NCBI GenBank assembly: GCA_964474445.1
Contig: CAYYSJ010000003.1
Span: 17,597-81,596, forward strand
DNA length: 64,000 bases
From: an uncultured Gammaproteobacteria bacterium
GTDB lineage: Bacteria; Patescibacteriota; Microgenomatia; Levybacterales; UBA12049
Direction of reading: 5' to 3'
Part shown: positions 28,936 to 37,382 of the stretch, piece after piece
Numbering within the stretch: position 1 is the first letter of the stretch
Layout: every line of letters begins with the position of its first letter
Notes under the pieces: model-generated
Told to the model about the DNA's origin: nothing
Database searches by the model: none
The model's input: only the letters and a program-made list of their open reading frames with translations
Made by a program: the position numbers and the translations under genes

Positions 28936-28999
28936 ACAAGCAACCTAGCTATGTTACATGAAAAGACTGTAAAAAAGCAATAAAAAAAAGGTAAGATGC
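28936..28999 (-). repeat. Conserved A-to-B intergenic junction, copy 1
   Basis: Aligns in blocks with 30610-30676: acaagcaa / atg..ttacat / aaaag.actg.aaaaaag.aat / gtaagatg. On the minus strand it reads ..CATCTTAC..ATGTAA..TTGCTTGT-ATG. Confidence 0.6.
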
Positions 29000-29614
29000 T
29001 TATTTTGTACGAGTTGTGTGGGGAGAAGCATTGGCAGTATTTTTAGAGATGCCTTCAAGCATATGCACTGCTTTTGTCATGCCTTGTAATTCAGCACGTC
29101 TTGTGGGGCGATACTCGGTAACAGGCTGTTGTGTTTCTTCTTCCCTCAGACGATGTTGGATGTAGGTTAATCCTGTGGGGTCGTGTGCTAATTCTTGTCT
29201 CACGAGGGGTGCTGACTCTACTCCATGTTTTACTCCGCTTGCTATCAGTCGTGCAAGTTCTCGAAAGAGTGGGGGATAAACATGAGCAATAAGAGACTCT
29301 TGTGGAAGTTGTGGAATAGAAAGGGTCTCTGGATTGGGGAGAGAAGCGGCTGCAACTTCTGCTGCCCATGCATTCATGACATGCACAAATCCTGACACAT
29401 AATCAACGGTAAGCTGGCTTTCGTCAATGTCTGCTGCCTTGAGTGCGGTTGTTATTTCCTCTTTTTTACCTAAAACAGAAGCAAAGAGAGCATTTTCCAG
29501 GCTAAATGCCAATGCAACTCCTTCAGTATACATATGTTCAGGTACACTTTTTCTTTCCGATACTCCATCGTGGTGTTCTCTAAAAAATGGTTGTTCAGTG
29601 GTTTCTCCTACCAT
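29000..29614 (-). CDS. Hypothetical protein A1 (204 aa), paralog of A2
   Basis: FSLENALFASVLGKKEE...TVDYVSGFVHVMNAWAAEVAAASLPNPETLSIPQL aligns with A2 FTLENTLFAHLGGKQDPEE...TVDFVAGFAHIMTQKAAAIAAASRPNPATLPIPQL. Confidence 0.55.
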   Translation of the reverse strand: MVGETTEQPFFREHHDGVSERKSVPEHMYTEGVALAFSLENALFASVLGKKEEITTALKAADIDESQLTVDYVSGFVHVMNAWAAEVAAASLPNPETLSIPQLPQESLIAHVYPPLFRELARLIASGVKHGVESAPLVRQELAHDPTGLTYIQHRLREEETQQPVTEYRPTRRAELQGMTKAVHMLEGISKNTANASPHTTRTK

Positions 29615-29814
29615 ATTGGAGAGTGTAAAAAGGACATATAAGAATAGAGTAGGAAGATAATAACAGTCTGCTTAGGGACAGGTGACAAAATTGGCAAAAG
29701 AGCGAGATCGTGAATGATGCAACGTTGGTTTAACAGGAGAAGCAAACCAATCTAAAAGTTCTGACATAGCTCATGCTATTTTAGCAAGAGATTATGAAAG
29801 AGAGTGGGTAAAAG

Positions 29815-30609
29815 CTACTTAAAGACAAGAAGTGGGGTATGAGGGCGAGGGAAGTGAGCATAGTACTGACTTCCCCCATGTGAAGTTTCGGCAACAAAAT
29901 GTTGAAGATATTCACTAACAACTGTCTCTGGAGGTAAATCTCGTGGACCAAATTCATGAGGTGTTCGTCTTCCTGGAGGAGTTTTTCTCATTAAAGAGCG
30001 AAGTGCTGGGATAGCATTTGGAGTTGTTTTGTTGGGGTCTAATTGTACTAAAAACGTACCAGCTACTGAAGGAACCATACCTCCATTCACGATATGTCGT
30101 GCTGTTGGGAAAAGGGACATTTCTGCTGCAATACCAGCATCCTGTCTATCATAATAGTGGGAAAAAGAGAGAAATGCTGTTGTAAAACGAAGCACAGGAT
30201 CCTGGACAGGAGCAGGTGGGTTTCTGCTATAAATGGTTGCGCCATAAAGAGTATCAAATGATGGTTTGGCAGCATCATATCCTCGTGCAAGAAGGATAAG
30301 TGCACCACTACTTTCAAGCGGAATATCAGGGATGTGGGATAGTGTATTCTCAATAGTAATTCGTTTTTCATAGAGAAATCGTAGGTCTGGATATTGTATG
30401 GATAAATCGTCGGTAGTAACGGTAAGACCAAAATCTTCAGCTGCTTTTTTGAGGTCTTCTAAATAGCCTGTTCGTCTTCCTCCGCTGTTAACAATGTAAT
30501 GTTCGATAAGCCCCAGCGTGAGCATGAGTTGTGTCCGTCCTGGAGTTGTGGGGATGTCACCATCTGGAAAATGTTCTCGTAGTGAAGTAATGAGTGTTCG
30601 TTCTACCAT
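29815..30609 (-). CDS. Hypothetical protein B2 (264 aa), paralog of B1
   Basis: See B1. GC is elevated. Confidence 0.55.
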   Translation of the reverse strand: MVERTLITSLREHFPDGDIPTTPGRTQLMLTLGLIEHYIVNSGGRRTGYLEDLKKAAEDFGLTVTTDDLSIQYPDLRFLYEKRITIENTLSHIPDIPLESSGALILLARGYDAAKPSFDTLYGATIYSRNPPAPVQDPVLRFTTAFLSFSHYYDRQDAGIAAEMSLFPTARHIVNGGMVPSVAGTFLVQLDPNKTTPNAIPALRSLMRKTPPGRRTPHEFGPRDLPPETVVSEYLQHFVAETSHGGSQYYAHFPRPHTPLLVFK

Positions 30610-30676
30610 ACAAGCAATCTCATAATGAATTTACATAAAAGCACTGCAAAAAAGTAATGAAGAATGAGTAAGATGA
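30610..30676 (-). repeat. Conserved A-to-B intergenic junction, copy 2
   Basis: See copy 1 (28936-28999). Confidence 0.6.
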
Positions 30677-31282
30677 CTATCTTGGTGGAGTATTGTAGGG
30701 AGATATTCGAGCAAACGTTTCAAGTATTGTAAGGGCGTGTGTCATCCCTGAGAGTTCTGCCTGTCGTGTTGCAGGCGATTGAAAAGATGGGCGATTATGC
30801 TCTTCTTGGAGGTAGTGGTGGAGATACTCTATACCTGTTGGATCGTGTTCTAACTGTTCTCTAACTACAGGTGCCGTTTGTATTGCTTGTCTTACACCAT
30901 CGATTACTTCTTGTGTCAATTCTTCAAAAAGAACGGGGTGAGACATAGCAAGAAAAGAGTCTGAGGAGAGTTGTGGGATAGGGAGAGTTGCGGGATTTGG
31001 TCTTGAAGCTGCTGCGATTGCCGCGGCTTTCTGTGTCATAATATGAGCAAAACCTGCAACAAAATCAACAGTAAATTGCGTAGGTTCTATTCCTAACCCC
31101 CTCAAGGTTTCCTCAGGATCTTGTTTGCCTCCTAGGTGGGCAAACAAGGTATTCTCCAATGTAAATGCTGCTTGCACTCCCATTCTATGCATATGTTCTG
31201 TAAAAAGAAGTGCTTCAGCAGATGACTTAATTTCTTTTGTTTTAAAGCGCGGTTGTTCACGGTCAATGCTTTTCCTTGCCAT
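30677..31282 (-). CDS. Hypothetical protein A2 (201 aa), paralog of A1
   Basis: See A1. Confidence 0.55.
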   Translation of the reverse strand: MARKSIDREQPRFKTKEIKSSAEALLFTEHMHRMGVQAAFTLENTLFAHLGGKQDPEETLRGLGIEPTQFTVDFVAGFAHIMTQKAAAIAAASRPNPATLPIPQLSSDSFLAMSHPVLFEELTQEVIDGVRQAIQTAPVVREQLEHDPTGIEYLHHYLQEEHNRPSFQSPATRQAELSGMTHALTILETFARISPYNTPPR

Positions 31283-31502
31283 CCAAGAGAGTGTATGGAA
31301 TAAATGTGAGAAAGGAGTAAGAACACAATGGAAAATACTTGAGAAAGGATAGGAGTAACAAGGAAAATAGTGCTCTAGGATTATTCTTTATCACTTAAAA
31401 GTGATTTACAAACAGAGAGAAAAGAAAGCTTGTGTTATCCATAAGAGATGTGTATATTTAGGAGAGATTTGTAATAATTCTTACCAATTTATTACATACC
31501 TC

Positions 31503-31531
31503 TTGACAATCTCTTACTTATTCTATAAAAT
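31503..31531 (+). promoter_or_regulatory. Consensus promoter TTGACA-17-TAAAAT, 13 nt upstream of the ATG at 31545, with no Shine-Dalgarno sequence
   Basis: Read directly. It is divergent from the A2-B2-A1-B1-C cluster. Confidence 0.5.
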
Positions 31532-31544
31532 ACCCACTATTGCT

Positions 31545-32198
31545 ATGACAGTAGATCACCTCAACGGGAAAAATGGATTTGTTACTCCAGCAGCTTTAGA
31601 AAGAGCGAGAGGAGTTATTAAAGATGAAGCTGCACAAGAAGCAGCAAATAGACAGCATATTATTGATGAACATGAAGCCCAATTAGCAGCAGAAGCACAG
31701 AAAAAAGCTCAATGGATAGAAGAAGGTCGAGCGCAAGCACAAAAAGAAATTGCAGCAGCACAGAGAAAAGCGGCAGAAGAAGAAGCTAAAAGACGACAAG
31801 CAGCAGAACAGGCAGCAGTTAAGGCAAAAGCAGACAGAAGACAAGCTACTGATGACTTACTTAATTTAGAAGTTAATCTTGCAGAAGCATTCGGAAGATT
31901 CTCTCAACACAGTGTAGAAGCAGCAAGCACAACAACAGATAGAGATGCTGCACTTGTTGCAGCAGGTGAAGCGAAAGCTCAAGCAGCGTATACATCAGGG
32001 GATATTCACTTAGTTGCAGCAAGAAGTGGAGATCCAGATATATTAGAGCACTATAAATTAAGAAGACCTGATCAACCTGCTAATACTCCAGCACCAGATG
32101 GATTTGTTTTGAGAGTAGTTCCAGATGAGCCAGCACAAAAGGCAAAAGTAGAACCAGCTCCAGTTCCAGCTCCACGGAGAAAAATCTTTGGTAGATAA
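31545..32198 (+). CDS. Hypothetical Ala/Gln/Glu/Lys-rich coiled-coil protein (217 aa) with a Pro-rich C-terminus
   Basis: The supplied ORF starts at 31401, but that N-terminal extension spans the promoter. The internal ATG at 31545 is the likely start. The sequence is dominated by AEAQKKAQ / AAAQRKAAEEEAKRRQAAEQAA repeats. GC is high. Confidence 0.5.
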   Translation: MTVDHLNGKNGFVTPAALERARGVIKDEAAQEAANRQHIIDEHEAQLAAEAQKKAQWIEEGRAQAQKEIAAAQRKAAEEEAKRRQAAEQAAVKAKADRRQATDDLLNLEVNLAEAFGRFSQHSVEAASTTTDRDAALVAAGEAKAQAAYTSGDIHLVAARSGDPDILEHYKLRRPDQPANTPAPDGFVLRVVPDEPAQKAKVEPAPVPAPRRKIFGR

Positions 32199-32249
32199 TA
32201 GACAATTTTCTTCTTACACTTTCTCTTTTCATTTGGTATACTCCTTTTC

Positions 32250-32849
32250 ATGCAGATAGCATTATTTGGTGGAAGATTTGATCCAGTACACAATGGGCAC
32301 GTTGCAATTGCGAGTGAAGTCCTTAAGGCAGTTCCATCAGTTGATGAAGTATGGATGGTTCCTGATTACACGCATCATTGGAACCCCACAGTTGCCTCAT
32401 TTGCAGACAGGATGCAGATGCTCAAGATTATTGAACAGGATCCTTCAACAAACGCTCAGGGAAGAATCAAATCAAGTGATATCGGAGAAAAAGTTTCCCA
32501 TCTTCGCAATGGAATGACCGTGACTATTGATGTTATTCGTGAGCTACAGAAGAACACAACGAATACCTACATTTTTATTGCTGGATCAGACCAATTACCT
32601 AGGTTGCATGAATGGCATGATTACGAGGAGCTTCTGATGCGTCTTCCTTTCCTCATTTTCCCTAGGAAGGGTTATCAAACCTCAGGTGAATTACCACATG
32701 GTGCAATGTGGCTTTCAGATACACAATTTGAGCCAATGGATGATAGTGCAACACGAGTGAGACAATATTTAAAAGAAGGAAAAGATATTTCCCATCTTGT
32801 ACCAGAAAAAGTTGCAGAGTATATTAAAGAACATATGTTATATCAATAA
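32250..32849 (+). CDS. nadD: Nicotinate-nucleotide adenylyltransferase
   Basis: GGRFDPVHNGH (the (H/T)xGH nucleotidyltransferase motif) and ~200 aa. Confidence 0.8.
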   Translation: MQIALFGGRFDPVHNGHVAIASEVLKAVPSVDEVWMVPDYTHHWNPTVASFADRMQMLKIIEQDPSTNAQGRIKSSDIGEKVSHLRNGMTVTIDVIRELQKNTTNTYIFIAGSDQLPRLHEWHDYEELLMRLPFLIFPRKGYQTSGELPHGAMWLSDTQFEPMDDSATRVRQYLKEGKDISHLVPEKVAEYIKEHMLYQ

Positions 32850-32855
32850 ATCCAT

Positions 32856-33638
32856 ATGATATTAGAAATAAATGGAGAACAAAAGGCAAATGAAATTAGT
32901 AAGTGGCTGAAAGAGACGGTCCAAACTGCTGGATTCAGTAAGGCAGTTGTTGCGGTTTCGGGTGGCGTGGATAGTGCAGTATCACTCAATTTGGCAGTGC
33001 GAGCACTCGGCAAAGAAAATGTCTACGCGCTCCTCATGCCATATGGCAGGTTGAGCAATGAAGCGCTTGAGGATGGAAAGGCAATTGTCAGTGCCGTAGA
33101 CCTTGCAAAAGACCATGTTATGGTGAGAGATATTGCAACAGTTGTGAATATGATACTGAAGCAAGTTGAAGATGATACGCTCGATGCTGTTCGAAAAGGG
33201 AACATCATGGCCCGAATGAGAATGGTTTTCCTTTTTGATTTTGCTAAGAGTTTGCATGCACTTGTTGTTGGGACAGAAAATAAGTCGGAGCATTATTTGG
33301 GCTACTTTACCCGTTTTGGAGATGAAGCATCAGATATTGAACCGATTAGAAGTCTATACAAAACCCAAATTTGGGAAATGGCAAAATATCTGGGAGTTCC
33401 GCAACGGATTGTTGAAAAAGCCCCCAGTGCCAACCTATGGGAGGGACAATCGGATGAAGGTGAATTCGGTTTTTCCTATCTCGATGCAGATCGTGTGCTT
33501 TATCACTATTTTGAAGAAAGATTGCCAAAAGAGGGCATTGTGTCGCTGGGGTTACCAGAGCCATTGGTAGACAGTGTTTTACAATTTGTTGAAAAAAATG
33601 ATTTCAAACACCACGTTCCTCATGTTTTTGATCGTTGA
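32856..33638 (+). CDS. nadE: NH3-dependent NAD+ synthetase
   Basis: PP-loop SGGVDSAV motif and NadE length. It lies adjacent to nadD. Confidence 0.85.
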   Translation: MILEINGEQKANEISKWLKETVQTAGFSKAVVAVSGGVDSAVSLNLAVRALGKENVYALLMPYGRLSNEALEDGKAIVSAVDLAKDHVMVRDIATVVNMILKQVEDDTLDAVRKGNIMARMRMVFLFDFAKSLHALVVGTENKSEHYLGYFTRFGDEASDIEPIRSLYKTQIWEMAKYLGVPQRIVEKAPSANLWEGQSDEGEFGFSYLDADRVLYHYFEERLPKEGIVSLGLPEPLVDSVLQFVEKNDFKHHVPHVFDR

Positions 33639-33711
33639 GGAGTGATCATTAATATATTTCAAGTCAATCATAAATTGTAAATAATCATTTCCTTTGCTAC
33701 ACTAGTGCCAT

Positions 33712-34290
33712 ATGAGTGATGGTGGATCATCAGGTCTTTCTGGAACATTTGAGCTTATTGGTCAGGGAGCAAAAAAAGGAGCGCAAAACCTTGCCGGGGG
33801 TGTTGGTAACTTTGCAGGCAGTGCTGCAAAGCAAGTGACTGGAACAGGGGGAGTGGCTTCCGGTAATATGTCCGGATCTTTTGATTTAAAAGGAGGAGCA
33901 CCTCAATCAGTTGATCTTTTTGCTCCTGATGCAAAAAAGCCTGCTCAAAATCCTCAACAAGTTTTTGGCAATATGAAGCCTTTAACTGAGACAGGACAAA
34001 AAGTATTGGGAGGGGATAGGCAATATACGCAGGAAGAACTTGAAAAAATCCAATCGATTGAATCAGAGCTTCGATCTATGCATAAACAAATTAACAATAT
34101 AGAAGCTGATATGGAAAAGGTAAGACGAGAGAGGGAAGAGACCTATCAAAAACGTGTAGAGGATGATGCAATGAGAAATCAACAGAAGCAAATGACAAAC
34201 TTACAGCAACAAGAACAAAATGGACAAGTAGATCAGAATGTCTTTAAAGCAGCTCGTACAGCGGAACTTGCAAAAGGTGATGTAGGATAG
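33712..34290 (+). CDS. Hypothetical protein with a Gly-rich N-terminal half and a coiled-coil C-terminal half
   Basis: ORF only. No family recognised. Confidence 0.4.
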   Translation: MSDGGSSGLSGTFELIGQGAKKGAQNLAGGVGNFAGSAAKQVTGTGGVASGNMSGSFDLKGGAPQSVDLFAPDAKKPAQNPQQVFGNMKPLTETGQKVLGGDRQYTQEELEKIQSIESELRSMHKQINNIEADMEKVRREREETYQKRVEDDAMRNQQKQMTNLQQQEQNGQVDQNVFKAARTAELAKGDVG

Positions 34291-34345
34291 AAAATAACCT
34301 GATGCACTATTGGCATTTCATGAAGGTAATAAGTAAGTTATTTCT

Positions 34346-35713
34346 ATGTTAAAGCTTTACAATACACTAACTCGTTCGGTTGAAGAATTTGTCCCACTCA
34401 CAGACAATCGTGTTGGGATGTATTCTTGTGGGCCGACGGTCTATGACTACCAGCATATCGGTCATATGCGCCGTTATGTGGGGGATGATATTTTAGTCAA
34501 AGTTTTGCGAGCCAATGGCTATTCAGTCAAGCACGTGATGAACATTACTGACGTTGGTCATTTAGTTTCAGATGCGGATGAGGGTGAGGACAAGATGGAA
34601 AAAGGGGCAAAGAAATTTGGAAAGAGTGTCTGGGAAGTGGCAAGGATGTTTGAGGATCAATTTTGGCAATCAACAGATGCGCTGAATATTGAAAGACCGG
34701 ACAAAGTCATGCATGCAACAGATTATATTAAGGAACAGATACAACTTATTCGGGAATTGGAAGAAAAAGGCGTAACGTATAGGACGAATGACGGCATTTA
34801 TTTTGATACCTCAAAATTTCCTGACTATTTTAAACTTTCCCGTCAGAATCCAGAAGAATTAAAAGCTGGTGTCCGTGTAGACATGGGTGAGAAAAGAAAT
34901 GTTTCAGATTTTGCGTTATGGAAATTTTCTCCCAAAAATGAAAAACGGCAAATGGAATGGGAAAGTCCATGGGGTGTAGGATTTCCTGGGTGGCATATTG
35001 AATGTTCTGCGATGTCCATGAAGGAATTAGGCAATACCTTGGATATCCATACAGGAGGTATAGACCATATTGCTATTCACCATACGAATGAAATTGCACA
35101 GTCAGAATGTGCAACGGGACAACAATTTGTGAGGTACTGGGTTCATCATAACTTTTTGGTCGTTGAGAATACCAAAATGAGTAAATCTCTTGGAAATTTC
35201 ATAACAGTTCAGGATGTAGAAGCAAAAGGATACGACCCACTTGCTTTGCGATACTTGTATTTACAGACGCATTACAGACAGGAAATGAATTTTACGTGGG
35301 AGGCACTCGATGCTGCAGAGGCAGCGCTGAGGAAACTTCGAGGATATATAACAGATGAGCCAGATACTGCTCCGAATATTTCTTGGATGAAGAAATATAT
35401 GGATGCACTTAATGATGATTTAAATACTTCAAAAGCTTTAGCAACAGTCTGGGAGATGGTGAAAGACGAGAATCTTTTGTCAGGAGAAAAGAGAGCGACA
35501 CTGCTTGCGATGGATAAAGTTTTTGGATTGTCTCTTGATAAAAAAGAAGTGATTGAAGTGCCTCAAGAAATTATAGATCTGGTAAAAGAACGGGAAGTTT
35601 TCAGAAAAGCAGGAGATTGGGGTGCATCTGATGAGCTTCGAAAGAAAATTCAGGATTTAGGATTTCATATTAAAGATACTAAAGAAGGACCACAGATTAC
35701 TTCGGTAAAATAA
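34346..35713 (+). CDS. cysS: Cysteinyl-tRNA synthetase
   Basis: CGPTVYDYQHIGHMRRY (HIGH motif), KMSKSLGN, and the Cys/His zinc ligands. Confidence 0.95.
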   Translation: MLKLYNTLTRSVEEFVPLTDNRVGMYSCGPTVYDYQHIGHMRRYVGDDILVKVLRANGYSVKHVMNITDVGHLVSDADEGEDKMEKGAKKFGKSVWEVARMFEDQFWQSTDALNIERPDKVMHATDYIKEQIQLIRELEEKGVTYRTNDGIYFDTSKFPDYFKLSRQNPEELKAGVRVDMGEKRNVSDFALWKFSPKNEKRQMEWESPWGVGFPGWHIECSAMSMKELGNTLDIHTGGIDHIAIHHTNEIAQSECATGQQFVRYWVHHNFLVVENTKMSKSLGNFITVQDVEAKGYDPLALRYLYLQTHYRQEMNFTWEALDAAEAALRKLRGYITDEPDTAPNISWMKKYMDALNDDLNTSKALATVWEMVKDENLLSGEKRATLLAMDKVFGLSLDKKEVIEVPQEIIDLVKEREVFRKAGDWGASDELRKKIQDLGFHIKDTKEGPQITSVK

Positions 35714-35716
35714 GCC

Positions 35717-35745
35717 TTGTCATTCACTTCTGCTCTTGTTATAGT
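35717..35745 (+). promoter_or_regulatory. Promoter TTGTCA-17-TATAGT, 9 nt upstream of the ATG at 35755 (leaderless transcript)
   Basis: Read directly. The 21-mer tgttatagtactttcaatATG is near-identical to tgttatagtattttcggtATG at 37052-37074. Confidence 0.5.
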
Positions 35746-35754
35746 ACTTTCAAT

Positions 35755-36066
35755 ATGAGCCTTCGCGATCTCCTAGAAAGCAAACGGTATTTCCTAAAAA
35801 GTACACAGTGGATTGAAGCAGGAATATGGCGTGATGCTTGGCAAGCAGGTTATAGCCAAAAACAAGCAAATTGCGCATCAACGATTGAGAAAGCAAGAAG
35901 CTATCAGCTAGATGCTGATAGCTTTAGACAACAGGTTGCTGACCTAGCAGAAGCAAGAAATAGACGATTTAGATCAGGATTGCCCTCTCGAAGACCAAGG
36001 AAATCGTTTACTCTTCCATCTATATTTCGAAATGAAAGAACGTGGACTGAAGAACAGTTCCATTAA
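35755..36066 (+). CDS. Hypothetical small basic protein (103 aa)
   Basis: ORF with a C-terminus rich in Arg/Ser/Pro (RNRRFRSGLPSRRPRKS). No family recognised. Confidence 0.4.
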   Translation: MSLRDLLESKRYFLKSTQWIEAGIWRDAWQAGYSQKQANCASTIEKARSYQLDADSFRQQVADLAEARNRRFRSGLPSRRPRKSFTLPSIFRNERTWTEEQFH

Positions 36067-36151
36067 TTTATTTTATATCTGTTGTTTATCTGTCAGCTAT
36101 TTGTCCTCAAAATACTTTTCTTATCTGGTTGAATAAATAGGTAAGGATGAT

Positions 36152-36392
36152 ATGGTAGTTAATGAATTAGCTCGTTTTGTAGGGGCTGCTGTCGGCTATA
36201 TAAAGACTAGTAATTCGCATTGCTGAAAGTCCTTTGTCAGAATATGCTCCAGAAGATGTGAGAACACGTTTAAGGACTGATGCTGCTGATCGTTATCGTC
36301 AAGCTGTTGACGAGCCAAGATTACCTGGTGAAGAAGATGTGGCAGCAAGACATGTCAGAAGAGCATTGTCAGAGTTGATGAGGGTTTCATAA
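36152..36392 (+). pseudogene. Frameshifted small ORF, a paralog of the 36546-36761 ORF. Joining the two frames gives an ~80-aa protein.
   Basis: The ATG at 36152 has a good AAGGA Shine-Dalgarno sequence and opens a 24-codon frame ending at TGA 36224-36226. The +1 frame is open from 36219 to TAA 36390-36392 and has no start of its own. The N-terminus MVVNELARFVGAAVGYI resembles MVIGFGKAREFVPGVTVGEV of the downstream ORF, and both have Arg-rich C-termini. Confidence 0.4.
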
Positions 36393-36545
36393 ACGTATCG
36401 ATTTTCTTTGTTGACAGAGTATCAATGCTTATGGGTACCCTGTTTTAGATTCAATTACACACGGGCATAAACCCATCAGACTTTAAAAGCTATGATTTTA
36501 AGCTGTGGTCATTTAATGTAAGCATAAAGGAGGTGAGCATATAGT

Positions 36546-36761
36546 ATGGTGATAGGATTTGGAAAAGCAAGAGAATTTGTACCAGGAGTTACTGTAGGTG
36601 AAGTATCTGTCGATAGTGATAGAGCAAGAGCAATGAATCATGGTACACCAATGTTGGTAGACTATAGTGCAGTTGTTGCTGATGAAGAGTTTCATGAACT
36701 ACAAAGGCGAGAAGCTGTGGGTATGGAAAGGGCATTTCGAGCAGCGCGAAGAAGATCATGA
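36546..36761 (+). CDS. Hypothetical small protein (71 aa) with an Arg-rich C-terminus
   Basis: Strong Shine-Dalgarno sequence (AAAGGAGGT) 11 nt upstream. GC is high. Confidence 0.45.
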   Translation: MVIGFGKAREFVPGVTVGEVSVDSDRARAMNHGTPMLVDYSAVVADEEFHELQRREAVGMERAFRAARRRS

Positions 36762-37032
36762 TCCATTACCTTAATAAAGGGGCGATTCTGTCATACATTC
36801 TCATGATCGATTTCAAAAAGAACATCAGCCGAGATTTTCTGCCATTGATGTAAATGATAATATTGGTGACTAGTTATTGATAATATTCAAGAATCAAACA
36901 AAGATTTCACCCTCTGGCTCATCAAATACAACTCTTACAGACCGCATGAAATGCTTGATTATCGTATCCCTTAGTGTAGCTCATACCAACTCCTTTCAAC
37001 TGTTACCAATGTGACCTTGCTAGTAAACAACC

Positions 37033-37062
37033 TTGACAATTGATACAAAAATATGTTATAGT
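37033..37062 (+). promoter_or_regulatory. Promoter TTGACA-18-TATAGT, 9 nt upstream of the ATG at 37072 (leaderless transcript)
   Basis: Read directly. Confidence 0.5.
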
Positions 37063-37071
37063 ATTTTCGGT

Positions 37072-37221
37072 ATGACAACATCACGAGAACAAGGATCAAC
37101 ACGACCTGCAAAACCAACTATTGGTTATAGACTGCGAGATGTTGCTGTAAATGTTCTAGATCGATTATTTCGTGAAGATCATCCTTCTAGATGGATAGGT
37201 AGACGTCGTATCTCTAATTAA
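37072..37221 (+). CDS. Hypothetical very small basic protein (49 aa)
   Basis: The supplied ORF 37033..37221 begins at a TTG that is the -35 hexamer itself. The ATG at 37072 is the realistic start. Confidence 0.35.
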   Translation: MTTSREQGSTRPAKPTIGYRLRDVAVNVLDRLFREDHPSRWIGRRRISN

Positions 37222-37382
37222 ACTCTTCTAATTTCCCCAATTTTCTTACTTTCTGTTTTGTATTCTTTTTCGCTATACTAATATGAGTATTTCATGAAAA
37301 GATTGTTTTTTGCCCTTTTGGCCACAGGATTTACCATTTTATTTCTCTTTGTGACACTTCCCATTTTTGCAAAGATGTAGAT

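Noticed and set aside
31401-31544. N-terminal 48-aa extension of the supplied ORF 31401..32198
   Set aside because: The extension spans the TTGACA-17-TAAAAT promoter itself and is AT-rich and low-complexity. The ATG at 31545 is the realistic start.
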